DNA of 63,030 bases, the filler included, from Reclinomonas americana ATCC 50394 (taxonomy: Eukaryota): the NCBI GenBank assembly GCA_048213135.1. It is 7 parts of 3 records of this genome, joined end to end, with 100 filler letters (N's around TTAATTAATTAA, not from the genome) between each part and the next. Parts side by side here need not be neighbours in the genome. Positions count along the whole stretch, not along the records: positions 35,136 to 52,786 come from PS015202.1; positions 52,887 to 59,417 come from PS015207.1; positions 59,518 to 63,030 come from PS015209.1; 4 more parts are not named here. The stretch is one strand, 5' to 3'. This document shows, piece after piece, positions 50,296 to 61,622 of this stretch (positions are counted from its first letter, which is position 1; each line of letters starts with the position of its first letter). The position numbers were made by a program, and so were the translations under genes. The notes beneath the pieces were generated by a model. It was not told where the DNA came from, made no database searches, and saw only the letters and a program-made list of their open reading frames with translations.

Positions 50296-51260
50296 ATGTT
50301 TGTGAGAGGGGTGACCGCCGCATGGCGGCGCTTCGTGTTCCCTCCATTCCCCTCATCGCTGAGCAAGCAAAGGCACACATTGCCGGCGGTCGTCGCCTCC
50401 TCTGCCTCGCCTCCACAATCCTCCTCGTCATCATCATCGTCATCATCAGCAGCGGCCGCGACCGCGGGCGGAGTTGACGCCGGTGGCCATGTCCGTCGCC
50501 GCCACTTGTGGGTCGCCTCTGCAGCGCCTGGGCGACCTATTGTTGACACAGAGCATGCACTGCTCTCATCGTCATCGTCATCTGCGACGGCGTCGGCGAC
50601 GCATGAGCTGCACAATCATCATCAGCTGCATCTCTTACCAAGGTGAATAGCACATCAGTTTCGCGCGCATGCGTGTGTGTGTGTCTCGACTGCTCTCCGT
50701 GCGAGTCGACACGCAGCCACACGTAGAGCGCGCGCGCGCGCACAATGAGTGCATATGCGCGCGTGTGTGTGTGTGTTGTTCGCGCAATGTCGACTGGTGC
50801 GCTCACTCTTCTTTTGTGTATTCTCGCAGCTCATCGCCGCCTGCGCCTGCGCACTGGGGCAGTGGTGTGTCGATTGCCAGTGTGTCTGCATATGTCGCAC
50901 ACGCCAAGGCGCTGCTTTCGGCGTATGGCAAGGTCGGCTTGTTGTGCTACACGGCGTGTTCGGTCGCCTCCCTCGCCACCTCGTGTGCACTGGTGCACTA
51001 TGCGTCATTAGGTGAGTGAGGCGCCTCTGTCTGTGTCTGCGTATACGCCGCCTTGTCTGACTTGCGCGCGCGTGTGTTGTGCATCAGACTTTGTGTCGGC
51101 AATGTTGCCTGCAGCAGTGCTGCCGGCGACGGGCACGGCGGCGTCTACGTTTGCCACTGCGTACATCTTGCACAAGATGACGATGCCGTTGCGGTTGCCG
51201 TTGGCGCTGGCCATTACGCCGCCTGTGTCGCGCTGGTGGAATCGAATCCCCAGGAGGTGA
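50296..51260 (+). CDS. FAM210/DUF1279-family mitochondrial membrane protein
   Basis: ALLSAYGKVGLLCY and ASTFATAYILHKMTMPLRLPLALAITP; presequence-like N-terminus; 3 exons in frame. Confidence 0.75.
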
Positions 51261-52290
51261 TCGATTGTCTTCGTCTTCTTCTGTGCTGTGTCTTTGGTGG
51301 TGTCGTGCCATTTGGGGTGCAACGGCCTGCCGGACGCCGCAGACACACGCATCGCGTGTGTGTGGAGGGCTTGGTCCTTCCCTTACTGTCTTTTTATGTT
51401 CTTTTACTCTCTGTTGTTTGCACGAGAATAGCACACATTAAGTATTGTTGCTCTTCTCCCACCTCCTTCTTCTTCTTCTCCCTCGTCTGTTGTATCAAGT
51501 AGTAGATGATCGCTCGCACTCTCTCTCTTTCTGCCCTCGATGTCGAGGAGAAATCAGTGAAAGAGATTCCGAGGTTTGGTGGAAAAGGTGGTGGTGGCAG
51601 GGGGGTGGCAGGTGCTGGTTTTGTGCTCGGGGTTGATTCTCCTGTCGGGGGTGCGTGTGGCAGAAGTATCTGTCATGAGGGGCAAGCAGTGGGGCGGAGG
51701 ATTTCGAGAAGTAGTCATGGCGACTGGTGCATCGCAGCAGTGCGCTCGGCGATCTGGTTTCTCGAACGCGCTCCAGTATGCCAACTCGTAGGAGTGGAGC
51801 GGTGCTGCGGTGCAGCAGTCGCCGGCATGCATAGGCAAGGGAAAGCAGCAGGCGATGAGGGCAGAACCTTTGCACAAGCAGCACTGCAATCTGCATCGTG
51901 GTTTGTGACGAAACCAGGTTGAACTTGGTCACTGTTGTTGTTGTTAGCACTGTAGACATCGTTTGTGATGAAGCTGAACAAAAGAGAGCATGCTAGATCG
52001 CAGTTCTCGACTCGTTCAACAGCTCTGGGTGGTGTTTTTCGATGTGATGAATGCGGTTGCAGCTGGCGATCATCAACTATTGTCGTGTTGTTGATTAGGG
52101 TGACGGCGTATACACAAGCCATCTTTGATACTTGTGTGTGCGTAAGGACGCCCATCCCTGCTGCCCTGTCCGAATAAACTCAAGGGGTGCACCATTTCAC
52201 TGCAACCGCCACCGGGGAACACACGTTGCTCCGTCGACGACGACAGCAGCAAGACAGACATACAACCAACAAAAAACAACCAGCGGTAGG

Positions 52291-52786
52291 TTACTCGCCA
52301 CCGCGCAGCATCGTCGGCTCCTCCTCGCCCTTGATCGACACGTTGAAGTTGATGCTGCAGAAGGAGGAGAAGGGAGAGTCAGCACCGGTATGTCCGTTTT
52401 TTCCATCAACAACAAACAAACACGAACCAAGAGATGACGTTGCCGCTCTGGTCCTTGCCGATGGCTGCGAGACAGACAAGGTCAGCGATGTGCACAAAGA
52501 GCGCAAGCAATCAACACAAACAAACACATACCCTGGCCCTTGAACGGTCCCGAGATCGGGAGTCCGGGGATCTCATCCGACACGGTGCGCGAGTACGGGC
52601 CCTGCAGAGCACAACGAGAACGTGAGTGGATGGCGACACGAGGAGAAGAGAAGAATAGAGAGAAGAGACGCAACAGCCTTGATCGGGCACGGGTTGTAGG
52701 GAGCAATGGTGCTGCAGAGATCGACAGTCTTGTCCAGCACCTTGATGTTGAACGGGCCGCGCACCTCAATGTGCAGGTTGCCGCCG
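52291..52786 (-). CDS. ML (MD-2/NPC2-like) lipid-binding domain, C-terminal exons
   Basis: VLDKTVDLC....CPIKAGPY..GPFKGQA..DQSGNVISCINF. Confidence 0.8.
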
Positions 52787-52886
52787 NNNNNNNNNNNNNN
52801 NNNNNNNNNNNNNNNNNNNNNNNNNNNNNNTTAATTAATTAANNNNNNNNNNNNNNNNNNNNNNNNNNNNNNNNNNNNNNNNNNNN

Positions 52887-53229
52887 GCATAGGCACTTGC
52901 TGCTGCTGTTGCTGTTGCTGCTGCTGCTGCTGCTGCTGTGGTGTATGCGCCTGCAACAGCTTCTTCTTCTCCACCGCCATCATCTCTCCCAGAGAGGGAG
53001 GAGGCGGAGGAGGAGGAAGAGCAGAAGCAACAACAGGAGGAGGAGGAGGTGGAGGAGGAGGCAGTGGTCGCGCAGTGCCTCCGGGTGGCATGACAACAGG
53101 AGGGCGTGCGAGTGGCATGCTGTTGCTGCTGGTGGGCGCTGTGGAGGGCGTGCCTCCTCCTGCGCGCACCTTCTTTCCGGTGCGTTGTTTGGCCAATGAC
53201 ACGGCGGAGGTGTTGCGGCGACCGCTCAT
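52887..53229 (-). CDS. N-terminal fragment of a Pro/Gln-rich protein
   Basis: ATG 53229, open to scaffold end; poly-Pro then SLGEMMAVEKKKLL. Confidence 0.5.
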
Positions 53230-54250
53230 GGGCGCAAAGAAAAAAGATAATAAGTGACAAGGACATTATGCGACGTTACGTGTGCAGTGGCGAAGGAGAA
53301 GAAGCCTTGAGGGGTTGCATTGTGTGTGGGTTCGAGTAGTGGAGCAGAGAAGATTGACACGGTGTACATGCGTACATGATCGAGAATGTACGTATACAAG
53401 CATATGTGGCTCTTGTGCACGTGCTGGTGGATCCGGAGCATGGTGAACGTGCGCACGTACGATCTTTACGCGTGATCATGCTTGTATGGGTGAATGCGCA
53501 TGCGGTCGCGACTCGGCATACGATGCTGCAGCTGTTGCGCGTGACGTCGACGTCAACGTCGCGGGAATATTATTTCGATCGCGAATTCGAACACGCTGCG
53601 CTGCGTGCGAGTGGGGAGAAGGTACTGCGTGTGCTGAACGATAGGTGGTGGTCCGAGGTGGTCGACTTGGCTGCGAGCCCGACGAGTCGTCGACGTCAAC
53701 GTGTCGAACACAGCTGCAGTTGCATCCAGCTGATACAGTGCACTCGCAGCGCTCGTATCGAAACCACATTCCATCCGGCACCGCAGGCTCGACTGATACC
53801 AGTGCGTTGCACACGCGGGAGTGGTGGCCCGGGGCCTCTGAGATCAAATGCGCGCCAAATGCAACCGTTGGTACCACAAACAAACTCCGTCACTTTTGTT
53901 GTATTGCCCCATTCAGACTTTTTCTCGCAGTGGTGAGCAGTCGTCGTGTCTCTCATTCCGCCACTGTCTTTGCATCTCTTCACCCTCACTCCTCCGTGTT
54001 CGTCCCTTGCCGTGTCTCACACGACGCTCTTGTTTTCTTCCTGTTGTCCGCCACTCTCTCTCTCTCTCTCTCTCTCTCGAGCTCTCACTTTCTGCTGCGC
54101 GCGCGACTGCCTCGCTCGTACTTCTTCGCCCTCATGGTCACCTCACCTTGCTCACTCTCTCGCACTATCACCAGTTGACTCGTCACGCGCAAACGCCTCA
54201 TCTCTTTGTTTTTGTGCGTGTGTCTGTTCGCGCGCGCAGAGAAAGAGAGC

Positions 54251-55543
54251 ATGGCTGGACCCACCCTCTTGCGCCCCACCGCGCTGCTGTGCCTCGTCGC
54301 ACTGCTGTCGCTGACTGTGCTGTGCAGCGCTGCAGCTGCCGCAGGTGAGTCCACACGAACGCACGAATCAGTACCAAAACACCCACACCGCACATTCCGA
54401 TGCATCATGCCTTTTCGCGCGCTCTGCGCCTTCTTGGTCTGTCGTGATGTGCATTGGCAGTACGAGTTTCTTCTCATCTTGTACATGTGCCATTCACTGT
54501 ACTGCCTTCGTGAAGGCGTGTAATCATATGTGTGTTGTCTCCTTTTCGTGAATATTTTTGCTGTTCACGTGCTGCACCCTGGTTTTCCGCCGACTCTCCC
54601 TTCCCTGTTCCACTCTCTCCTCTCATTCTGTGCCTTTTTTCTGCGACTGTTTACACACGTTGTTGCAACATTCCTTCCGCGATTCTATCTCCGTGCCCTT
54701 GCGCGCGAAAGCCGACCGTTAAAGCTCATCTTTTCGCGCCCAATTTTGATCTTCCAGTCATCTCGCCCTCCAACATCGCCATCAAGGCCGGCACCGCTGG
54801 CCAGATTGTCGACATCAATGTCAGTGGCTCGGCCATTGCCTGGTCGACTGCCTCCACCGCCACTCTCTTCCTCGACCGCTCGTGCACTGGCGTGTCGCCG
54901 ACCACTGTCGTCAACTCCAACGCTGCTGCCTCGCTCACCTTCAACGCGTCGGCTGACGGCAACGGTGGTGAGCGCTACCTGTGCATCGACGTGGACGGTG
55001 CGGGCACGGCCGCTCGCAACGAGTTTGTGGCCACGGTGTTTGTCTGTTGCGTCTCACTCATCACATGCGCGCAGTCATCATCATCACTCTGTCGCTGACT
55101 CTCTCTCTCTCTCTCTTGCTCTTCCTTCCCGACACACGCAGACGCCATTAGCACGGCAAACAGGACGCCGCAGCTGGTGAATGGTCTCGCCGACTATCGC
55201 CTCACGGTGACTGGTAATCACTTTGCCAATCGTCAACTGGGCGCTGGTGGCTCGTTTGGCCTGTACGCGGCCGCTGACTGCAGCGGATCGCCGGCTGCCA
55301 ACTCGAGTGCCACACTGTCGACCAGCGATGCTTCTGGTCAGCAGGCTGTGTTCTCGGTGGCCACTGGCGCGTCGTTTGCACAGGGTGCTCTGGGCGCGAC
55401 AGCGACTGGCTCGTGCACGCTGGCGACACCGGGCGTGTACTATCTGTGTGGCAAGTTGCGTCGACGTGTGGAGAGCAAGAGAAAGACAGTCTGTGGTGTG
55501 GTGTGCAATCATCTTGGGCTCCGCCGTCTCTACATCTTGTCGG

Positions 55544-55579
<36 letters not shown>

Positions 55580-55941
55580 TGTGGTGGGGTGGGGGGGGGG
55601 GGGGTAGGGGGGTAGGGTGTGTCGTCGTCGTCGTCGCGTCTCTCGTCGCTCTCTCTCTTCTTCGTTCTTTCGTTCGTTCGTTCGTTCGTTTCGTTNNNNN
55701 NNNNNNNNNNNNNNNNNNNNNNNNNNNNNNNNNNNNNNNNNNNNNNNNNNNNNNNNNNNNNNNNNNNNNNNNNNNNNNNNNNNNNNNNNNNNNNNNNNNN
55801 NNNNNNNNNNNNNNNNNNNNNNNNNNNNNNNNNNNNNNNNNNNNNNNNNNNNNNNNNNNNNNNNNNNNNNNNNNNNNNNNNNNNNNNNNNNNNNNNNNNN
55901 NNNNNNNNNNNNNNNNNNNNNNNNNNNNNNNNNNNNNNNNN

Positions 55942-56033
<92 letters not shown>

Positions 56034-59000
56034 GTCGTGTGTGTGTGTGTGTGTGTGTGGGGGGTGTGGCGTGGGGGGGGGGGGGTTATGACTGTGCCCT
56101 TGAGCACTCTTGCATCCTCTCTTCAGCTTTTCTTCTTTGTCCACGTGGTTTTTTCCTCTTCCTCCTCATATCCTCGCTCTTCGCTGTGCTTGACTCTGTT
56201 TCTCTCTCCCTCCCTCCTCCCCTCGCTCACCCTTCCCGTCCTGCAGGTTCCAGGCCGGCGGCAGCGCCGTGTACCGCCTGCAGACAGTACCACTCATCGT
56301 CACCGCCGCCTCGTCGACTCCAATCATCTCCTTTGCCGCTCCGCCCGTGCTCAAGTACGGCAGCGCCAACTCGATTGTGATTGGTTCCTCTGCCGAGAAC
56401 CTCACCGACTGCACGAGCTTCAAGCTGGTGCCGGCGGGCGCCGACTGCGCCACTCTGTCGGACTACTCGACACTGACGGGCAGTGTCGGCGCATCGTTCG
56501 CGAGCGCCGGTGCCGATGCGTGCCAGTTCATCACTGGCTGCCGCCTGTACCGCGCCACCATCACCCCGAACGGCTCGACCGGCGGTGGTGCCTTCAAGTT
56601 GTGTGTGGCGGCCAATAATGGACCGTACGTGCCGGCGGAGGAGTCGTTCACCTCTGGGTTTATGACTGCCGGCGGTCTCAGTCCGAGCAGCCCCTTGCCC
56701 TCGTCGACGCCTCTGGCCGCCAAGCCGAGCATGTCAACACTGGCGGTGACAACGACCACCATCCAGTTCACATTTGCGCGCGAGTTCTTCCGCCGTCCGC
56801 GCGTGTTGCTCGGCTTCACCAGTGTCGGCAGCCAGGTCACTGGAGGCATTTCCACCCAGGCGAACGAGCCTACTGATGGCACCTTTGCATTCTGTGCGGA
56901 GCCGGTGGTGACTGTGGCGAGGCTGTCATCTCGCTGCTACGGCGTGTCGACTAACGGTCAGCCGGGACCGACCATCACACTGAGTTGCGTTCACTGAAGC
57001 GCGGAGAGAGATAGCGAGAGGAGAAGTGTGACTCACGTGCTGCTCGTGCAGGCTACCTGGCGTACTATGTGCACCAGACCAATGCGCTGTCGATGGATGG
57101 TCAGCGCACGCTGACGAGCAAGGCGTGGTTGACGGATGCGGTGAACAAGAGCAGCTCATCTGTTGCGTCTCTGTTTATCTCATGTATGTCCGCCACGTCA
57201 CCGAATGTTGACTTGCCCGGCGATGCGCAGTTGGTGAGCGTGTCGTCCCTGTACCAGTTTGCGTCGGTGCCGTCCATCCCCGTGGCCGTGATGGGCGTGC
57301 TGTCGATCCGCCAGTCGGCTGTCGGCAGCGATGGTCGCATTCGCGGCGACAACTTTTCGCTGTCGAACAGCTCGGCCTCGCGCTCCAGCTTCGTCCTCAA
57401 GGGCACGGTGAACGGCGACTCGCGCATCGAGGCAGTGTCGGCGCGCTTTGCTGTGGCACCGACTCGCCCCGACAGCACCAACAACAGCGGATTCGTCATG
57501 CTGTCGGGTGGTGCGTGCTTTGCATACAGACAGGCTTTCTTTATGGCGATCGGCGGACAGGTTCTTTGGTCCGCCGCTGCCGTCATATCTTTCTCTCTTC
57601 CTCTCTTCTCTCAGGCGTATGTGTGAGAGAGTATTGCAGTGCGAGTGAGATAAGATAAGAAGCACAATCGATTCTCGATCGATCCTCGCAGTCTTTCTCA
57701 GTCACGATCGGTGAGCACTCACCACGCCTCTCTCTCGCACACACGCTCACCTCTCTCTCGCTGCATGTTTGTGCGTGTGTGTGTGTGTGTGTGTGTGTCT
57801 TTCATATATCATCCCTCTCCACGCCCGCCCCCCCCCCTCCCCCTCCTCTCTCTCTCTCTCTGCATTTGAGAAATTTTGTCTAAAATATTTTGTCCAGAAA
57901 CGACGCACCCCAGCAGCGCATCGACGCAGACCGCCAGTCTGGTGACGCCGTCGACCCCCAATGGCCTGCTGCGTGCCACCATCAGTGTGCAGCTGTTCTT
58001 GCGTGGGTGGAAATCGTCGGCGGTCATTGTGCAGAACCGCGTCGATCAGCAGTCGCTGCAGTTCACCACCAAGCGCCTCGGCAACGAGGACTACGTGACG
58101 GCAATTTCGTTCAACGCCAGCGGCGCGGACACGTCAGACGTTGTGTACGTGACGTGGGTGGCGATTGGTCGTGCGGCGCAAGGCGCGCCGATCACGTGCC
58201 CAGCCGGCTACAGTGGCTCCAACTGCGGCGTGTGCACGCTGCCCGACGGCACCACGACGTGCTCACTGAACCGACGTGCGGTGCTCAGCTGCGCCTACGG
58301 CACCACTCAGATTGTTGCCGAGTGTGCCGAGGGTCGCGAGTGCTCGGAATCGTACGGCACGGCGCAGTGCGAGTGTTCGACTGATGGCACCACTTGCTCG
58401 AGTGGGGGTGACTGCTGCAGTGGAAATTGTGATGGCAATAATCAATGCGCGCCGGCCTGCGTTGGTGACCTGCCTCTGGGCGAGCGCTGTCGTGGAAACG
58501 ATACGTGCTGCTCTGGCCATTGTGTCTACGGGGTTTGTGCTTCAAGCTGCGGCAGTGATGGACAGAGCTGCTTCCGCGGCGAAGAATGCTGCTCCGGAAA
58601 TTGTGACAACACGGGCATCTGTGCACAACCATGCACTCTGGGTGCCATTGGCGATTCGTGCTCGTCGGCGACGGAATGCTGTGATGGCTTTTGCGTGTAT
58701 TCAGTCTGTGCATCCAGCTGCGGCGCAGACGGCGGAAGTTGCAATGGCGACTCCGAATGTTGTCCGGGTAGCTCGTGCCAGTATGGCACGTGCACGGCAG
58801 CATGCACGCTGGGTGCCATTGGCGACAGTTGTGAAAACGTTACTTCTTGCTGCAGTGGGTTTTGCGTGTATTCAGTCTGTGCATCCAGCTGCGGCGCTGA
58901 CGGCGATCGCTGCAATGCTAACGATGAGTGCTGCTCATCCGTTTGCAACAACAGTCTCACGTGTGAGGCGGCATGTACGGCCGAGGGTGGCAGTTGCAGC

Positions 59001-59066
59001 TCGTCCACAGAATGCTGTGGTGGAGACTGCGTTTACCAAACCTGCACTGCTACGCCGCCGGTATGA
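54251..59066 (+). CDS. Secreted protein: beta-rich modules, lectin-like segment and tandem six-Cys (C-C-CC-C-C) repeats
   Basis: Signal peptide exon; exons join in frame; C-terminal repeats such as CGADGGSCNGDSECCPGSSCQYGTC. Confidence 0.75.
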
Positions 59067-59351
59067 ACCCTTGGAGCTGATGGCGACTACTGTACCAATG
59101 CGACACATTGTTGCGGCGGGGTTTTGTGTGTATTCGGGGGTGCAGCTCGAGCTGCGGTGCCGTCGGCGACTACTGTCTTGCGAGCCTCGAATGTTGTTCT
59201 GGGGATTTGCAGCGGTTACACGTGTGCTGCTGCCTCTCTTTCCTGAGCAACTTTGCATTGTTCTCTTTTTCTTCATGCTGTGTACGACGTGCCTTCAATG
59301 TTGCAGCAGCTCTGCTTGCATCTCCACTCTTCCCTCTCTCTCTCTCACACA

Positions 59352-59395
<44 letters not shown>

Positions 59396-59644
59396 GTACG
59401 TACGTACGTACGTACGTNNNNNNNNNNNNNNNNNNNNNNNNNNNNNNNNNNNNNNNNNNNNTTAATTAATTAANNNNNNNNNNNNNNNNNNNNNNNNNNN
59501 NNNNNNNNNNNNNNNNNGAGAGAGAGAGAGAGAGCAATCAAGAAAAAGAGAGATTGAGAGTGGCAAGACAGCTGAGAGACGGAATGAAAGGCAGATAGAC
59601 GACGCGAGAGAGTGGGAGAGAGACACTGCAAACGCGAAACGCAC

Positions 59645-60879
59645 CACGGCACAATGGCTGTTGCATTCCGCGAAATGTCGGCACGAAAAACGGGTGAGTT
59701 GGCGGAATACAGGATGACGACAACGAGTGGGAATCACGCACCACCGACCACACCGACCGGCTCGTGGCGGGTGAAGGTAGCCAGCTGCAGAGAGAGAGAG
59801 AAGGAGAGTGAGCAAATAAAAAAGAAGAAAGTGGTGGCGAACACGGTGCAGACGAAACGTTGCCACCTGACAAACACGACAGTCAGCAACAACGACAAGC
59901 AAACAAGGGTGAGAGAATCAAAATGCAACACACCGGCTGGGATCACCTTGCCGCAGTTCTTGCCTGCACAGCGAGAGAGAAGAGTGAGGAACTACACTTG
60001 TCTCGGAACAATTCACAGCGGGAAACAGCAAACAACAGCACCAGCCCAGCCAGCGCTGCACACACACAATGCACAGTCGGCAGCAGTCGCAAACAGGTGA
60101 AAACAGACAATGTGAGAGGGACAAGTGAAAAGAGACGTGAGAAAGAGAGATGCAAAGGCGCAACTAGTAGCGGAAGTGCTTAGCGGCGCCAGCCATGTCG
60201 ACATCGCGCGCTTGCTTCACCGGCTGCATCAGCAGCACGTGATTGCATCAGCACACGAAAGAACAGTCAACCGAAAAATCACTCTGCCACAAGAAGAACA
60301 CCTTTCCGTTGTCCATGCTCTCGAGGACCGCCAGGTTATCGGCGTTCTCCTCAATGAGCTCGGCGAGGCGGTTAAGCAGGCGGTAACGCTCGTCGCCTAC
60401 ATAACAGAAGAGAGTGTAAGATGACGTAAATGTGTGGGGGAGAGAGAGAGAGAGAAAAAGGCGTGTACCAGTGGACTTGCGCCAGGTCTTGAAGGCCTCA
60501 GTGGCAGCGGCCACGGCCTTGTCGATCTTTACAGAGACAAGACAAGTGAGAAAGAGAATAATTTCTCCGATGATGACAATCATCATTATGAAAGAAGAGT
60601 GTATGAGACGCAACATCAGCGGCATCACCCTCGGCGACCTGTGTGTGTGTCACAGAGAGCAGGATGAGTGACAAGAGCAAAAGAAAAGGGGCGAAATGTC
60701 GCGCTGCAAACAAACAGACACGCGCGTTGCAAAGAAGGATGCACAGATTCTCTTTGTTTGTCGTGTGTGTCACGTAACTTCCACAATGACTTCCTCAGTG
60801 ACGGGGTTGATGACGGGGAAGGTCTTGCCGGAGACAGCCGGGACGAACTCGTTGTTGATGAAGAGCTGAGAGAGACACA

Positions 60880-60910
<31 letters not shown>

Positions 60911-61205
60911 GAGAGAGAAGGAGGGGAGGAGGAGGGAGAGAGAGGGAGAGGGAGAGAGAGTGTGTGCGAGTTCGGAGAATCACCGGAGTGAGATGCGAGA
61001 AGAGTGTGAGAAGGTGACAGGAAGAGTGTGTGTGTGTGTGCGTGTGTGCGTGTATGTGTGTGTGTGTGTTCTGAGAGGAGAGAGAGAGGCACAGATCTCT
61101 CTCTCTCTCTCTCTCTGTGTGCGTGTGTACGTGTGTGTGTGCGAAATGATATTGTTTGTAAGACGCAACGAGTGGCGGGGGGAGACGGACGCTGGAGCTG
61201 GCCAT
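59645..61205 (-). CDS. ALDH: Aldehyde dehydrogenase (ALDH1/2-like), N-terminal 11 exons
   Basis: LFINNEFV..SGKTFPVINP, VAEGDAADIDKAV, LESMDNGKP, FRYYAGWA, TRHEPVGVVGAIVPW. Confidence 0.95.
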
Positions 61206-61622
61206 GATGATGATGTTGAGAGGGTTTGAGTAACGGGTGGAGGAAGGGAGTGCTGGTCTGCGCTTGCAAGACGCTGTTTGGATAAAAGTGAAAAGTTTAG
61301 AAGATTTTTTTGGTGTTCGGAGTGGCCGCCTATTCAGGTAAAAAACACCGTGGTTGGCTTTACACGATTCACACACACGCGCGCGCGCTCTTGTCTCTCT
61401 CTCACACACTCTCTCCTCCACGATGATGCTGATGATCTGCGACGCGCGAACATACGTTCCCACGTTCACGCATTTACGCGGCACTGCAATGGGGATAGAG
61501 AGTGAGTTGTCGGTCGTGTTGTTGGCGTCGTATACATGCGCGTTACCTTGGTGCCTTCTGTGTGGGGCAGGAGGAATGGAGGGGTTAGATGTGGGAGTGG
61601 AGAGGGGTGGGGAACAGGGGGA

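Noticed and set aside
51540-52060. Possible C/D-box snoRNA motifs (GTGATGA, CTGA)
   Set aside because: No convincing paired C and D boxes with terminal stem and perfect rRNA guide.
53345-53357. CAGAGAAGATT resembling the U6 core
   Set aside because: No AGC triad, internal stem-loop or other U6 similarity around it.
53376-53936. 186-aa ORF between divergent genes
   Set aside because: No coding-type codon bias or recognisable motif; probably intergenic.
6840-59473. Six identical TTAATTAATTAA palindromes
   Set aside because: Scaffold-joining linkers in N padding, not biological; gene neighbourhoods across them are meaningless.
60158-60170. Alternative reading of shifted donors as TT-starting introns with the G kept in the exon
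   Set aside because: Would create TAG in ALDH RYY and require non-AG acceptors; GT...AG boundaries restore the conserved residues.
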